Below are positions 1-9,722 of a DNA stretch of 64,000 nt, one piece after another. Origin of the DNA: Acidobacteriota bacterium (GTDB lineage Bacteria > Acidobacteriota > UBA890 > WLXD01); assembly GCA_963666055.2 (NCBI GenBank), contig CAXWPH010000001.1, forward strand, positions 1 to 64,000. The letters run 5' to 3'. Every line of letters starts with the position of its first letter. Position 1 is the stretch's first letter. Made by a program: the position numbers and the translations under genes. The notes under the pieces were generated by a model. The model saw only the letters and a list, made by a program, of their open reading frames with translations. It did not search any database and was not told where the DNA came from.

Positions 1-15
1 ATTCCAGGCTCTCAA

Positions 16-1320
16 TTGCCGCGGCTGGCCGTACTGAGCGCGGCGTTTTGCATCGTCGCCTGCGCTGCCCCCGCATCGGAGCCGACCCCTCCCTTTCCCG
101 AGCTCGAACCCTTCGAGCCAGGCTCGACAGTCGAAGAGACGTTGCGCTGGCAACGGGCCGTACCCACCGATACCGCCTGGTGGGACGTGGTCGGCGAGCA
201 GCTCGCCTGGAGCCTCAAGAACGTTCATCAGCTGTTCCCTACCGTCAATATCTACCGGGACGGACCGGTTCGTGAGCTCGATTATCGACTCGACGAGAGG
301 ATTGCCAACCACCTCGTGGAGACACCCGACGGCCCGCTGCGCTTCTTGGAGTTCCTGCAGAGCGATCACACAACCACCATGGGAATGGTGATTCTGCACC
401 GCGGCGAGATCGTCTTCGAAACCTATCCCCGGATGCAGTACTACCAGAAGCCTGCCTATTGGTCGGTCACGAAAGTGCTGGTGTCGGCGGTGATCTCGAT
501 ACTCGAGGATCGCAACCTGGTGGACGTGGACCAGCCGATCGAGCGCTATGTTGCCGACTTGAAGGAGTCGCAACTGGCCGGAATCACCGTGCGCAACCTG
601 CTCGACATGGCCTCCGGGATCGATTGCTCCGACAACTACGTCGACTTCGAGTCCTGTTATTACCGCTTCGAGGCGTCGATGGGCGATGCGTACCGTACCG
701 AGAACAGCCCCGACAACCCGTACGACATGATGATCGACTTCGATTACGGGGCCTGGGCCGATCAAGGCACCGGCTACGACTACTCCGGCATCAACACCTT
801 CCTGCTCAGGTGGCTGGTCGAGGAAGTCACCGGCATGCCGTTCCAGGACGCGTTCACCGGCGAGATCTGGCGCCACATCGGCGCCGAGGCCGACGCGTCG
901 ATGTTCGCGGCGCGTAACGGGATTGCTCTCGAGGTAGTGCTCGCCCGGCTACGCGACCTCGGCCGGTTCGGCTTGCTGTTCACTCCGAGCTACGGCGTGG
1001 TATCTGATCGCAAGATCATCTCCGATCGGTTCATCGACGTCATCGTCAACGGTGGTCGGCCGGAGCTGTCGGCCAACGCGCGGTTCGGGCCTCGACCGGC
1101 CGACCTGAAGCACACCGTGTACCAGTGGGATGTTTACGACAACAACGACTTTCATAAGGGCGGGTGGGCTGGGCAGGGCCTCCTGGTCAACGCCGAACGA
1201 GACTATGTGGCAGCCTACGCCAGCTACTTCAAGGATCGCCAGCACAGCGAGATGAGCCTACTGCCGGCACTACGGCAGGTGCTCGAAGGTGTCTACGGAG
1301 GGGCTCCGACGTTGCCCTAG
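16..1320 (+). CDS. Serine hydrolase, beta-lactamase class C / NylB-like, probable lipoprotein
   Basis: SxxK (WSVTK), LLDMASG, YDYSG and HKGGWAGQ motifs; lipobox-like IVAC. The TTG start is near the window edge and uncertain. Confidence 0.8.
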   Translation: MPRLAVLSAAFCIVACAAPASEPTPPFPELEPFEPGSTVEETLRWQRAVPTDTAWWDVVGEQLAWSLKNVHQLFPTVNIYRDGPVRELDYRLDERIANHLVETPDGPLRFLEFLQSDHTTTMGMVILHRGEIVFETYPRMQYYQKPAYWSVTKVLVSAVISILEDRNLVDVDQPIERYVADLKESQLAGITVRNLLDMASGIDCSDNYVDFESCYYRFEASMGDAYRTENSPDNPYDMMIDFDYGAWADQGTGYDYSGINTFLLRWLVEEVTGMPFQDAFTGEIWRHIGAEADASMFAARNGIALEVVLARLRDLGRFGLLFTPSYGVVSDRKIISDRFIDVIVNGGRPELSANARFGPRPADLKHTVYQWDVYDNNDFHKGGWAGQGLLVNAERDYVAAYASYFKDRQHSEMSLLPALRQVLEGVYGGAPTLP

Positions 1321-1410
1321 ATCTTGCAACTGCTTGGCACGGAGAGTTGTCGTACGACGCGGGCGCGATCACCCGCAGTCGGGACGACTGAAAACTCAGG
1401 GAGATCGCAG

Positions 1411-1863
1411 ATGAGATTCCATAGCGCGGCGGCAATCGCTGTAGCGATATTGCTGATATCGCCACCAGAGGCGGCTCGCGCCGCTCAACAGACCAGTGGT
1501 GCTGACGTCGACGCGGTGATCGCGGCGATGGACGCGACCGGCGACGCTCTGCGCGCCGGCGACAACGAAGCCTTCCTGTCGATGTACACCCAAGACGTGT
1601 TCTTCATGCCGCCAGACAGCGCGCCCGCCGAGGGCAAGGATGCGATGGCGGCAACGAACAGCCTGGAAGGCCCCCTCGCCTGGACCGAGGACTACGAGGA
1701 GGTCATGGTGCACGGCGATTGGGCACACGTGGTCGGCGCCTGGACAGTCGGCGATCAGATGGCCGGCAAGGCGATCTACATTCTGGCGCGGCAGGGGGAC
1801 GGATCATGGAAGATCGCGCGTGAGTTTTGGAACACCGACGCAGCTTCGGAGGACGGCCAGTGA
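1411..1863 (+). CDS. Exported NTF2/SnoaL-like (YybH/DUF4440) protein
   Basis: ATG 1411 after GGGAG; signal peptide ending ARA-AQ; YTQDVFFMPPD and RQGDGSWKIAREFWN motifs. Confidence 0.75.
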   Translation: MRFHSAAAIAVAILLISPPEAARAAQQTSGADVDAVIAAMDATGDALRAGDNEAFLSMYTQDVFFMPPDSAPAEGKDAMAATNSLEGPLAWTEDYEEVMVHGDWAHVVGAWTVGDQMAGKAIYILARQGDGSWKIAREFWNTDAASEDGQ

Positions 1864-2309
1864 GGCGTTACACTCATACGATCGCGTTGCTCTTGTCGCT
1901 GGCCATGGCCGCCACCGCTTGCGCCCCCGCAGATTCACCGGCCCCCGATCCGTTGCCAACCGTCGAGGACGACCGCGCCGCGATCGATGCTCTCATGGAC
2001 GGCCTCGAAGCCGCCTACACGAACGGCGATATCGAGCAGCTCATGTCGGTGTATACCGAAGATCTCATATATATGGGAGCGAGCTCACCGGCGGTTCGCG
2101 GCGCAGCGGATTTCCGCCTCGCCAATGATCCGGTCGGCGCCTACAACCTGGTGATGCAGAACGACGAGGTGAAGGTGAGCGGCGACTGGGGCTACGCGCG
2201 AGGTACGTACGATGGCAACGATCAGTACCTGATGCTGGTTCGCCGAGACGCCGACGGCGAGTGGCGAATAGCACGGGAGATCTGGAACGTCGCACCGGAC
2301 GAGGAATAG
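1860..2309 (+). CDS. NTF2/SnoaL-like (DUF4440) lipoprotein
   Basis: GTGA overlap with the upstream stop, GGAGGA RBS; lipobox ATAC; YTEDLIYM and RRDADGEWRIAREIWN motifs. Confidence 0.75.
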   Translation: MRRYTHTIALLLSLAMAATACAPADSPAPDPLPTVEDDRAAIDALMDGLEAAYTNGDIEQLMSVYTEDLIYMGASSPAVRGAADFRLANDPVGAYNLVMQNDEVKVSGDWGYARGTYDGNDQYLMLVRRDADGEWRIAREIWNVAPDEE

Positions 2310-2353
2310 ACGGCGAGCCGAAGAGGTCTCCTTCAGCGCGAGGTTTCCCCGCA

Positions 2354-3226
2354 ATGCTCCGTCTGACCGCCGAGCAGCACGCGCGCTTCGCGGCGGACGG
2401 GTTCGTGATCGTCGAGGAGTTCCTCGATCCTCAAATGGTGGAGGCCGCAGTAGCTCGCTTCGCACCCCTCTTTCGCGGTGAGTTCGAGACCGGCCTCATG
2501 CCAGACGAATGGAACTGGCGCGAGGGCCGGGATTCGGATCTCCTGACACGCCAGATTTGCAACGGCTGGAAGTCAGACCGCATGGTGGCATCGGTCGTTC
2601 TGCGCGCCGACATTGGTCGCGCCTGCGCCGAGCTCATGGGATGGCCCGGCGCACGGCTGAATCAGGACAACGTGCTTTGGAAACCCCCCGGCGCTGCGGC
2701 GCTGGGACACCATCAGGACGACAGCTACGAGAGCTGGATCGTTCCCAGGGAAATGGCCACCTGCTGGATGACCTTGGACGCCACCAGCGTCGACGGCGGT
2801 ACGATCGAATACGTGCGCGGCTCGCATCGGTGGGGTCTGTCGCCACCGATCTCCCAGTTCCACGCGCCGGCGGATCACCAAGTCGAAATGCGCCGGGCGG
2901 CGGCAGCAGCCGGCGTCGAGCCCGACGTCGTGCGCATTGAGTGTGCCGCCGGATCCGGTGTCCTGCACCACGGCAGGACGTGGCATGGGTCGGCCGCCAA
3001 TCGTAGCAATCGACCACGCCGATCGCTCGTGGCCCACTGCATGTCGTCGGACGCGCAGTTCCACCCCACCAACGTCAGCGCCGTCTACGGGCGCTACAAG
3101 CGCCCCGGCGAGCTATCGATGGACGAGAGCTTCTTTCCGATTCTGTGGGCGCAGGAAGGCCGCCGCACCGAGTTCCTCGAGGAATACGTCGCCGGCCTTC
3201 CTCGAGGCCGTGAGCCGGGCTACTGA
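2354..3226 (+). CDS. Phytanoyl-CoA dioxygenase (PhyH) family Fe(II)/2-oxoglutarate oxygenase
   Basis: F..DGF near the N-terminus, KPPG...HQD, WMTLD...G.IEYVRGSH, and distal WHGS.AN.S..PRR. Confidence 0.85.
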   Translation: MLRLTAEQHARFAADGFVIVEEFLDPQMVEAAVARFAPLFRGEFETGLMPDEWNWREGRDSDLLTRQICNGWKSDRMVASVVLRADIGRACAELMGWPGARLNQDNVLWKPPGAAALGHHQDDSYESWIVPREMATCWMTLDATSVDGGTIEYVRGSHRWGLSPPISQFHAPADHQVEMRRAAAAAGVEPDVVRIECAAGSGVLHHGRTWHGSAANRSNRPRRSLVAHCMSSDAQFHPTNVSAVYGRYKRPGELSMDESFFPILWAQEGRRTEFLEEYVAGLPRGREPGY

Positions 3227-5337
3227 TCGTCGCGGAACCCTGAATATAGGGGATCCACGGGCTCACCCTTGACGTACTTGTCGAACCACAAGCCATAACG
3301 TCGTAGACGATCTGCCTCGTACGAAGGCACACCGAACCCGTGGCTCTGCCCCGGGTAGACGATCAGGCCGGTCTCGACATCGAGCACCCGCAGGGCGAGA
3401 TACAGGTGCTCCGATTGGCTCAGCGGATCGCGGTAGTCCTCGCCACCGTGGATGAACAACGTCGGGGTGACGGCGTTCTTGATGTACGTTGCCGGCGACA
3501 CCTTGCGGTATAGGTCGATGTTGTCCCAGGGCGCGCCGAACTCGTGGATCCACAACATGCCCCAATCGTCGCTGCCGAAGGCGCCGTAGTAGTCAGAGTC
3601 GCTGGCAGCGGAGACCGCTCCCTTGAACCGGTCGGTCTTGACGATCACGTAGTTCGTGAGAATGCCGCCGTAGCTGTACCCGCCAACCCCCATGCGGTCG
3701 GGATCGACGTAACCACGAGCGATCAACGCGTCGACGCCCGCCATTACGTCGTCGTAGTCTGGCCCGCCCCAATCGGCAAAGATGGCGCGGCTGAACTCCT
3801 CGCCGTAGCCGGTGCTGCCGCGTGGATTGACCAGCAACACGACGTAGCCGAGCGACGCCAGGTACTGGTGCGTCAGGTTGAAACCATTGGTGAACTGCCC
3901 CACGGGTCCCCCGTGAATCCACAGGATGAGTGGGTATTTCCGGGCTGGCTCGAATCCCGGCGGCTTGATGACCCAGGCGTGGACCGGCAACCCATCGGCG
4001 CTCTCGAACCACATTTCCTCGCTCGAATTGAAGTCCAGCTGAGCGAGGTGATCCGCGTTGGCCCGGCTGAGATCACGCATGGCGCTTTCCGGAACCGGTA
4101 TCTGGTCGAGCGGCGCCACGTAGATCTCCGCCGGCCGATCGTTCCGCGTGTACCGCAGCACCAGCCGATCATCGCCCACCAACGCCGTCCCGACATTGCC
4201 CTCCACAACCCGGGTTACCTCGCCGTCCAGGCTTGCTTGCACGAGCGGCGTGCGCCCTTCATCGGCCAGGCTGACGTAGATCGAGCCCGAGTCCGGTGCC
4301 CAGACGGGCGCGCCTCGCGACCAGCGATCGAGATTGCCCGTGAGGTTGCGGGCGGCGCCACCCGATGAAGGAACAGCCATGACCCTCGGGGTCGGGTACA
4401 TCGACCACTCGGGGTCGGCGCTGACGTAGGCAATCCACGCACCATCCGGTGAGAACACTGGCGATCCGTCACTGCCCGCGTAGTCGGTCACCCGCACCGT
4501 CCGCCCGGAGGCCACCTCCACCTTCCAGATATCGGTGTTCAAGTTGCTGTCTGGCTCAGCGGTACGGTTGGATTCGAAAGCGATCCATCGACCATCGGGC
4601 GCAAACGATGGGTTGCTGCTGTCGTAGGCGACGTCGGTGAGCCGCGTTGCCTCACCACGCTTCATCCCCAGGCTGTCGAGCGCCCGTCCCGTCGGGATGA
4701 CGTGGATCTGGGTCCGGCGGTCGTCCAGATAGCCGAGCCCGTCGTATTTGTGCTTCAAGCGCGTCACCACGATGGGCACCTGCCTACCGGCGGCGTTCTC
4801 CTGCGGGCCGGCCTTCGGCGGCATCGAGACAACGGCCAGCTGCGTGCCGTCGGGGGACCAGCGATAGGAGCGCACACCGCCGTCGATTTCGGTCACCGGA
4901 AAAGCCTCGCCACCGCTCACCGGCATGACGTAGACCTGCCCACGGGCCGCAACTTCTTCGGCCATGCCCCAGGCAGACGCGCTACGGCTCGAGATAAACG
5001 AAACAAGACGCCCATCGGGTGAGAACGCCGGGGACGAAACGCTGTCTTGACCGTGGGTGAGTGGTCGTGGCTCGCCGCCGTCAAGGGCGACGCGCCACAG
5101 CCTGGTGATCTTGCTGTCGGTGGCTCGGTCGGCCTGGGTGACCACATACACCGCGCTGCGCCCGTCGGGCGATACCGCCGGGGTGCCGACCGAGCGCAGA
5201 GCGTAGTAGTCGCCCAACGACACGGTTGCCGCGTCCGGATGATGGGCACCGGCCACCCGCCCCGCTGCGGAGGCGGGTCCGATCAGGGGGATGGCGATCA
5301 GCGCCAGCAGGGCAACCAACCGACTCCCGCAACGCAT
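3220..5337 (-). CDS. S9 family (acylaminoacyl/dipeptidyl) peptidase, exported
   Basis: Repeated xSPDG propeller motifs, IHGGP, NPRGSTGYG, nucleophile GYSYGG, HGGEDYR and YPGQSH; signal peptide. Confidence 0.9.
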   Translation of the reverse strand: MRCGSRLVALLALIAIPLIGPASAAGRVAGAHHPDAATVSLGDYYALRSVGTPAVSPDGRSAVYVVTQADRATDSKITRLWRVALDGGEPRPLTHGQDSVSSPAFSPDGRLVSFISSRSASAWGMAEEVAARGQVYVMPVSGGEAFPVTEIDGGVRSYRWSPDGTQLAVVSMPPKAGPQENAAGRQVPIVVTRLKHKYDGLGYLDDRRTQIHVIPTGRALDSLGMKRGEATRLTDVAYDSSNPSFAPDGRWIAFESNRTAEPDSNLNTDIWKVEVASGRTVRVTDYAGSDGSPVFSPDGAWIAYVSADPEWSMYPTPRVMAVPSSGGAARNLTGNLDRWSRGAPVWAPDSGSIYVSLADEGRTPLVQASLDGEVTRVVEGNVGTALVGDDRLVLRYTRNDRPAEIYVAPLDQIPVPESAMRDLSRANADHLAQLDFNSSEEMWFESADGLPVHAWVIKPPGFEPARKYPLILWIHGGPVGQFTNGFNLTHQYLASLGYVVLLVNPRGSTGYGEEFSRAIFADWGGPDYDDVMAGVDALIARGYVDPDRMGVGGYSYGGILTNYVIVKTDRFKGAVSAASDSDYYGAFGSDDWGMLWIHEFGAPWDNIDLYRKVSPATYIKNAVTPTLFIHGGEDYRDPLSQSEHLYLALRVLDVETGLIVYPGQSHGFGVPSYEADRLRRYGLWFDKYVKGEPVDPLYSGFRDDQ

Positions 5338-5341
5338 TCGC

Positions 5342-5842
5342 TCAGTCCCCCGGAGTGTAGTTCCAGATATCACGCGTCACCCTCCAGCTACCGTCTGCCT
5401 GTCGTCGAAATACGTACACGCCCTTCCCAGTCTGCCGAATCGGCTCGCCGCCGTCGAGCGGCGTAAGTGTCCAGCGGAAAGCGTAGGCCTCGAACGCAAC
5501 ATCGCCGGCTAGGCTCACATCGGAGTCGGTGTATTCCAGATCGGTCTCGTAGGCAGCGAAGAACGCCTCGAGCCAGGCTCGGATGGCGTCGTGGCCGCTC
5601 ACCGCCGGCTCGTCGGGCGGCATGATCACCATGTCCTCGGTGACGCTTGCCAGGAAGCCGTCGGGATCAGCGCCGATAAAGGAGGCCGCGAAACTGTTCA
5701 AGCGCGTGTCGCGGATGGCGGCGATGTCCTCCGCCTCGGACGGCCCCGTGACCACCGCTGCCTGAGGCGCCTCGGCAGGCTGGGCGCATGCGGCACTCGC
5801 CACGAATGATAGGACGATAAAGCATTTCGTGAGCCTGTCCAT
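5342..5842 (-). CDS. NTF2/SnoaL-like (YybH/DUF4440) lipoprotein
   Basis: ATG 5842 after GGAGGA; lipobox-like SAAC; TEDMVIMPPD and RRQADGSWRVTRDIWN motifs. Confidence 0.75.
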   Translation of the reverse strand: MDRLTKCFIVLSFVASAACAQPAEAPQAAVVTGPSEAEDIAAIRDTRLNSFAASFIGADPDGFLASVTEDMVIMPPDEPAVSGHDAIRAWLEAFFAAYETDLEYTDSDVSLAGDVAFEAYAFRWTLTPLDGGEPIRQTGKGVYVFRRQADGSWRVTRDIWNYTPGD

Positions 5843-5891
5843 TCGTTGTCCTCCAGCTGAATCGATGAGCATACGCGTCGGTTAGTATCAC

Positions 5892-8240
5892 GTGTCCGCC
5901 GCGATAGCACGAAGCGACGATGCCACGGAGCGACTCGTGTGTATTGAGAACCCCGGAGAGCGAGTCGTAAGACCGGCACCCTCCAGCAGAGCGGGCTGCT
6001 CCACCGGGCTGCTCTGTATTCTCCTGTGCACGAGCCTGCCGCTGACTGCAGGCGCGGCGACGCCGGGACACCAGGAAGCCACCATCGAGCCCGCAGCGGC
6101 GGGGCCATCGACCCCATCCTCCGCCAAGCTCATGCGGGCGGCGCGAACTGCCTCCGGCCCGGTCCTCGATGGCGTACTCGACGACGAGGTGTGGGACGCC
6201 GCCGAGGTGATCAGCGACTTCGTACAGCGCGAGCCGCAGGAGCGCGGCACCCCCTCGGAGCGTACCGAGGCGCGTATCTTGTACGACGACGAACACCTCT
6301 ATATCGGTTTCGTGCTCTACGACAGCGACCCGGGGGCCATACGCGCAACGCAACTGCGCCGCGACAGCCTGCGAATCCGTCTTCCGGGCGCTCGTCGCAA
6401 CGGCGGCGCCGGGTCCGACGACATCGTGAGCGTCGTGCTAGACACGTTTCACGATCACCGCAACGCCTTTCTCTTCACCGTCAACGCGCTCGGGACACGC
6501 AGCGACGCGACCATCCGAAACGAGCGCGAGATGAACCAGGATTGGGACGAGCGCTGGGAGGCGGCGGCGCAAATCACCGATCGCGGTTGGGAGGCTGAGT
6601 TGGCGATCCCCTGGTCGATCCTGCGTTACTCAGGCGACAACCCTACCTGGGGATTGGATTTCCGGCGCGAGATTCGCCGCACCAACGAGGAGATCATCTG
6701 GAGTAACTCCAGCCGCGACTATTCCTTCATCGCCGTCTCGCAGGCAGGCGAGCTCCAGGGACTTACCGGCCTGACGCTCACCGAGCGATTCCGCCTACGG
6801 CCATACGTAACCGGCGCCGCCAGCTCGTTGGAGCAACGTGACGATCCGATCTCCAAGCGCACCACAGAACTCGGTATCGAGGACCTGAAGATCAAGCTGA
6901 CGTCGAATCTGACATCACAGTTCACCTACAACACCGACTTCGCTCAAGTGGAGGTCGACGAGCAGCGCGTCAACCTCACGCGCTTCTCGCTTTTCTTCCC
7001 CGAGAAGCGGGAGTTCTTTCTCGAGGCGGCCAACAACTTCACCTTCGGCAACACCTCGGGTCGATTCGGTTTACCGCCGCCCACGCGCCTCTACTTTTCG
7101 CGCCGCATCGGGCTGGCCGACGATGGAACACCGCTGCCGATCGACTTCGGAGGGAAGCTGACCGGCAAAATGGGCCGCGGCAATCTGGGACTACAGCACG
7201 TACGGACTGGCGACTCGCCGCTTGGCCCCGGTCGCGCCTACACGGCGCTACGCTGGCGCCAGGATATCCTGGCGCGTTCCAGCGTCGGCGCTTACTTCTC
7301 CAACGTGGAGGGGGCGGCGGGCGACTTCAACCGTATCTTCGGCGTCGATGCCAATCTCATTCTCTACGACCACCTCAATATCTCCGGTTTCGCGGCGCAA
7401 TCGCAGGACGACGAGGTTGACGGCGACGCCTGGATCGGTGAGGTCCGCGCCATCTGGCAGACGGATTTGTGGGAGGCGGAAGCGCAAATCGTCCAGATCG
7501 ACGAGGACTTTCGCACCGAGCTGGGCTTCATACCACGTACGGACATCGTCAAGAGAACGGTTGCTGGCCGTTGGAAGCCGCGTCCCGCCGCGCGCTGGCT
7601 CCGTCAGATCGATATCAACGGCTTCCTCGATCACACCATCAACCACGCCGGTGAGCGCGTAGCCCGACAGAGCGGCGTGTTCATGCGGTTCGCTATGGAG
7701 TCGGGGGATTCGTTCACCGCTGGTGTCCGCACCAACTTCGATCGCCTGGAGGCGCCGTTCGAGGTCAGCCCTGACGTCATCGTTCCGGCCGACGACTACG
7801 AGTTCATCGAATGGTCCGTCGGATACCAGACCTATCCGGGCAGAAAGCTCAGTGGTGGGTTCTCCATACTGTCGGGCGGGTTCTTCGACGGTATGCTGAC
7901 GCGCGTGAGTCCGCGGGCCACGCTGCGCCTCAACGAGAGCGTCAGCCTGCGGCCGAGCTACAGCTTCAATTACGTCAAGCTCCCGGGTGGCACATTCTCG
8001 GTCCACCTGGCGCGCCTGCGCGCGGAGGTGTCATTCTCCGAGCGATGGCTGACCGACGCCCTGGTGCAGTACAGCAGCTCCGACGAGGATTTCTCGGTGT
8101 TCGCGCGCTTGCGCTATCTCTACCGTCCCGGGGACAACTTCTACCTCGTCTACCGACAGAATCGTTCGTTCGTCGGCGAGTTCTCCGGTCTCGACGATCG
8201 CTCCCTTACGGCGAAGATGACTTACACATTCCAGTGGTAA
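5892..8240 (+). CDS. CBM9-like + DUF5916 domain protein, probable outer-membrane barrel
   Basis: LDGVLDDEVW (CBM9-like), NTDFAQVEVD, RFSLFFPEKREFFLE and LYFSRRIG motifs; aromatic C-terminus YTFQW. Start uncertain. Confidence 0.8.
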   Translation: MSAAIARSDDATERLVCIENPGERVVRPAPSSRAGCSTGLLCILLCTSLPLTAGAATPGHQEATIEPAAAGPSTPSSAKLMRAARTASGPVLDGVLDDEVWDAAEVISDFVQREPQERGTPSERTEARILYDDEHLYIGFVLYDSDPGAIRATQLRRDSLRIRLPGARRNGGAGSDDIVSVVLDTFHDHRNAFLFTVNALGTRSDATIRNEREMNQDWDERWEAAAQITDRGWEAELAIPWSILRYSGDNPTWGLDFRREIRRTNEEIIWSNSSRDYSFIAVSQAGELQGLTGLTLTERFRLRPYVTGAASSLEQRDDPISKRTTELGIEDLKIKLTSNLTSQFTYNTDFAQVEVDEQRVNLTRFSLFFPEKREFFLEAANNFTFGNTSGRFGLPPPTRLYFSRRIGLADDGTPLPIDFGGKLTGKMGRGNLGLQHVRTGDSPLGPGRAYTALRWRQDILARSSVGAYFSNVEGAAGDFNRIFGVDANLILYDHLNISGFAAQSQDDEVDGDAWIGEVRAIWQTDLWEAEAQIVQIDEDFRTELGFIPRTDIVKRTVAGRWKPRPAARWLRQIDINGFLDHTINHAGERVARQSGVFMRFAMESGDSFTAGVRTNFDRLEAPFEVSPDVIVPADDYEFIEWSVGYQTYPGRKLSGGFSILSGGFFDGMLTRVSPRATLRLNESVSLRPSYSFNYVKLPGGTFSVHLARLRAEVSFSERWLTDALVQYSSSDEDFSVFARLRYLYRPGDNFYLVYRQNRSFVGEFSGLDDRSLTAKMTYTFQW

Positions 8241-8242
8241 CC

Positions 8243-8280
8243 CCTCGAGGAGCGCCATCGATTCTGTGGCGTCGTCGAGG
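8243..8280. terminator. Imperfect stem-loop after the DUF5916 gene
   Basis: CCTCGA..GCGCCA / TGGCGT..TCGAGG inverted repeat immediately after TAA; no U-tract. Confidence 0.35.
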
Positions 8281-8389
8281 ATGGAATGCGTCCCGGAATC
8301 GGCGCCTGATGACGCTGGCCCATTTCTGTGGTTTGCTGCAACGTAATGATCAATGCCAGCGACCGGGTTGAATGACAGGAGTCAGCCGG

Positions 8390-8689
8390 ATGAGCGACCA
8401 ACTAAGAGAAACCGAAGGGCTGTACCGCACGGTGCCGTTCGTAGCCACTGCGGAGAAGCAGGAGGGCGGCTGGCATCCGACCTACAAGCTAGCTAGCGGT
8501 ATGGGCGGACAACCGGCAGGCGAGCTTCAGGAGAGCGCCGAGGCAGCGCTCGTGGAAGCCACCATCGCCGCGGTTCAGAGGGTTCGATTGATCTTCGACG
8601 ATCGCCCTGAGCCCGACACCGTGAACATCCAGGAGACCAGTATCCACGACGCCGTGCAGGAGCGTCTCGACGCCCTCGAGGAAGCCTGA
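8390..8689 (+). CDS. Hypothetical acidic protein (99 aa)
   Basis: AGGAG RBS before ATG 8390; fills the gap between flanking genes; no family recognised. Confidence 0.6.
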   Translation: MSDQLRETEGLYRTVPFVATAEKQEGGWHPTYKLASGMGGQPAGELQESAEAALVEATIAAVQRVRLIFDDRPEPDTVNIQETSIHDAVQERLDALEEA

Positions 8690-8720
8690 CTGACCGTCGC
8701 CGGAGGTGGCCGGATCCCGG

Positions 8721-9722
8721 CTAGGCGCTATCGGGATCATTATTCTCGGCGCGCTCGCCACCACCAAGCCGGTGCTTCTGGCGGTCGATGAGCACTGCGG
8801 CCACAATGATCGTTCCGATCATGATTTCCTGGACGTAGTGCGGCACTCCCAGCATGTTGCTGCCGTTGCGCAGCACCGCCATGATCAGCGCGCCGGCGAC
8901 CGATCCCATGGCGCTCCCCTCGCCGCCGCCTAACGACCCGCCGCCGATCACCACCGCGGCAATGACGTCGAGCTCCAGCCCGGCGGCGGAAGTAGGATCA
9001 CCCACCGTGAGGTAGGCGCACTGCATTACGGCCGCAACGCCGGTAAAGGCTCCGCACAAGGCGTAGATCTGGATCTTCATGCGCTCCACCCGCACGCCGC
9101 ACAGTCGCGCCGTGCGCTCGCTCGAGCCGATCGCGAAGACATAGCGCCCGAACCCGGAGCGCGTCAGGATGACAGTCGAGATTCCGAGCAGTGCAGCAGC
9201 CACCCAGACGCCGGGTGCGAAGATCAACCAGGCGGGGCGCGGATCGACCAGCATCAAGTCGTTGAGCCAGTTGCCGGGGATCGACAGCGTCCCCTCGCGG
9301 GCGAGCCTTTTGGCCACGCCACGGGCGATCTGCATCATGCCCAGGGTGACGATGAACGGGATCACGTTGAACCGCGTAATGAGCACGCCGCTGACCGTGC
9401 CCACCGCCACGCACGCCGCCACTCCAGCCAGGGCGGCCAGCAACGGCCCGGTGAACCCCGGACCGATGGCGTTGATCACGATCCCGGTCACCACCGTTCC
9501 CAAAGCGATTTGCGAGCCGACGCTGAGGTCGATGCCCTTGGAAACGATGACGAACGTCATGCCGAGCGCCGCGATCCCGACAATGACGCTCTGGGTGAGG
9601 ATCGTCTTGAGGTTGTACAGAGACTGGAATGCCGGAGGAGTGATCAAGGCGAGAAATGTCACCACCGCGGCCAGCCCGATAAACGGTCCGAGCGCCGCCA
9701 GGCGCCGGCGCGAGATCGCCAT
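8721..9722 (-). CDS. Sugar (ribose-type) ABC transporter permease
   Basis: GIDLSVGS, PFIVTLG, FGRYVFAIGS and LDVIAAVVIGG motifs; TGATG coupling with the upstream ATPase. Confidence 0.9.
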   Translation of the reverse strand: MAISRRRLAALGPFIGLAAVVTFLALITPPAFQSLYNLKTILTQSVIVGIAALGMTFVIVSKGIDLSVGSQIALGTVVTGIVINAIGPGFTGPLLAALAGVAACVAVGTVSGVLITRFNVIPFIVTLGMMQIARGVAKRLAREGTLSIPGNWLNDLMLVDPRPAWLIFAPGVWVAAALLGISTVILTRSGFGRYVFAIGSSERTARLCGVRVERMKIQIYALCGAFTGVAAVMQCAYLTVGDPTSAAGLELDVIAAVVIGGGSLGGGEGSAMGSVAGALIMAVLRNGSNMLGVPHYVQEIMIGTIIVAAVLIDRQKHRLGGGERAENNDPDSA

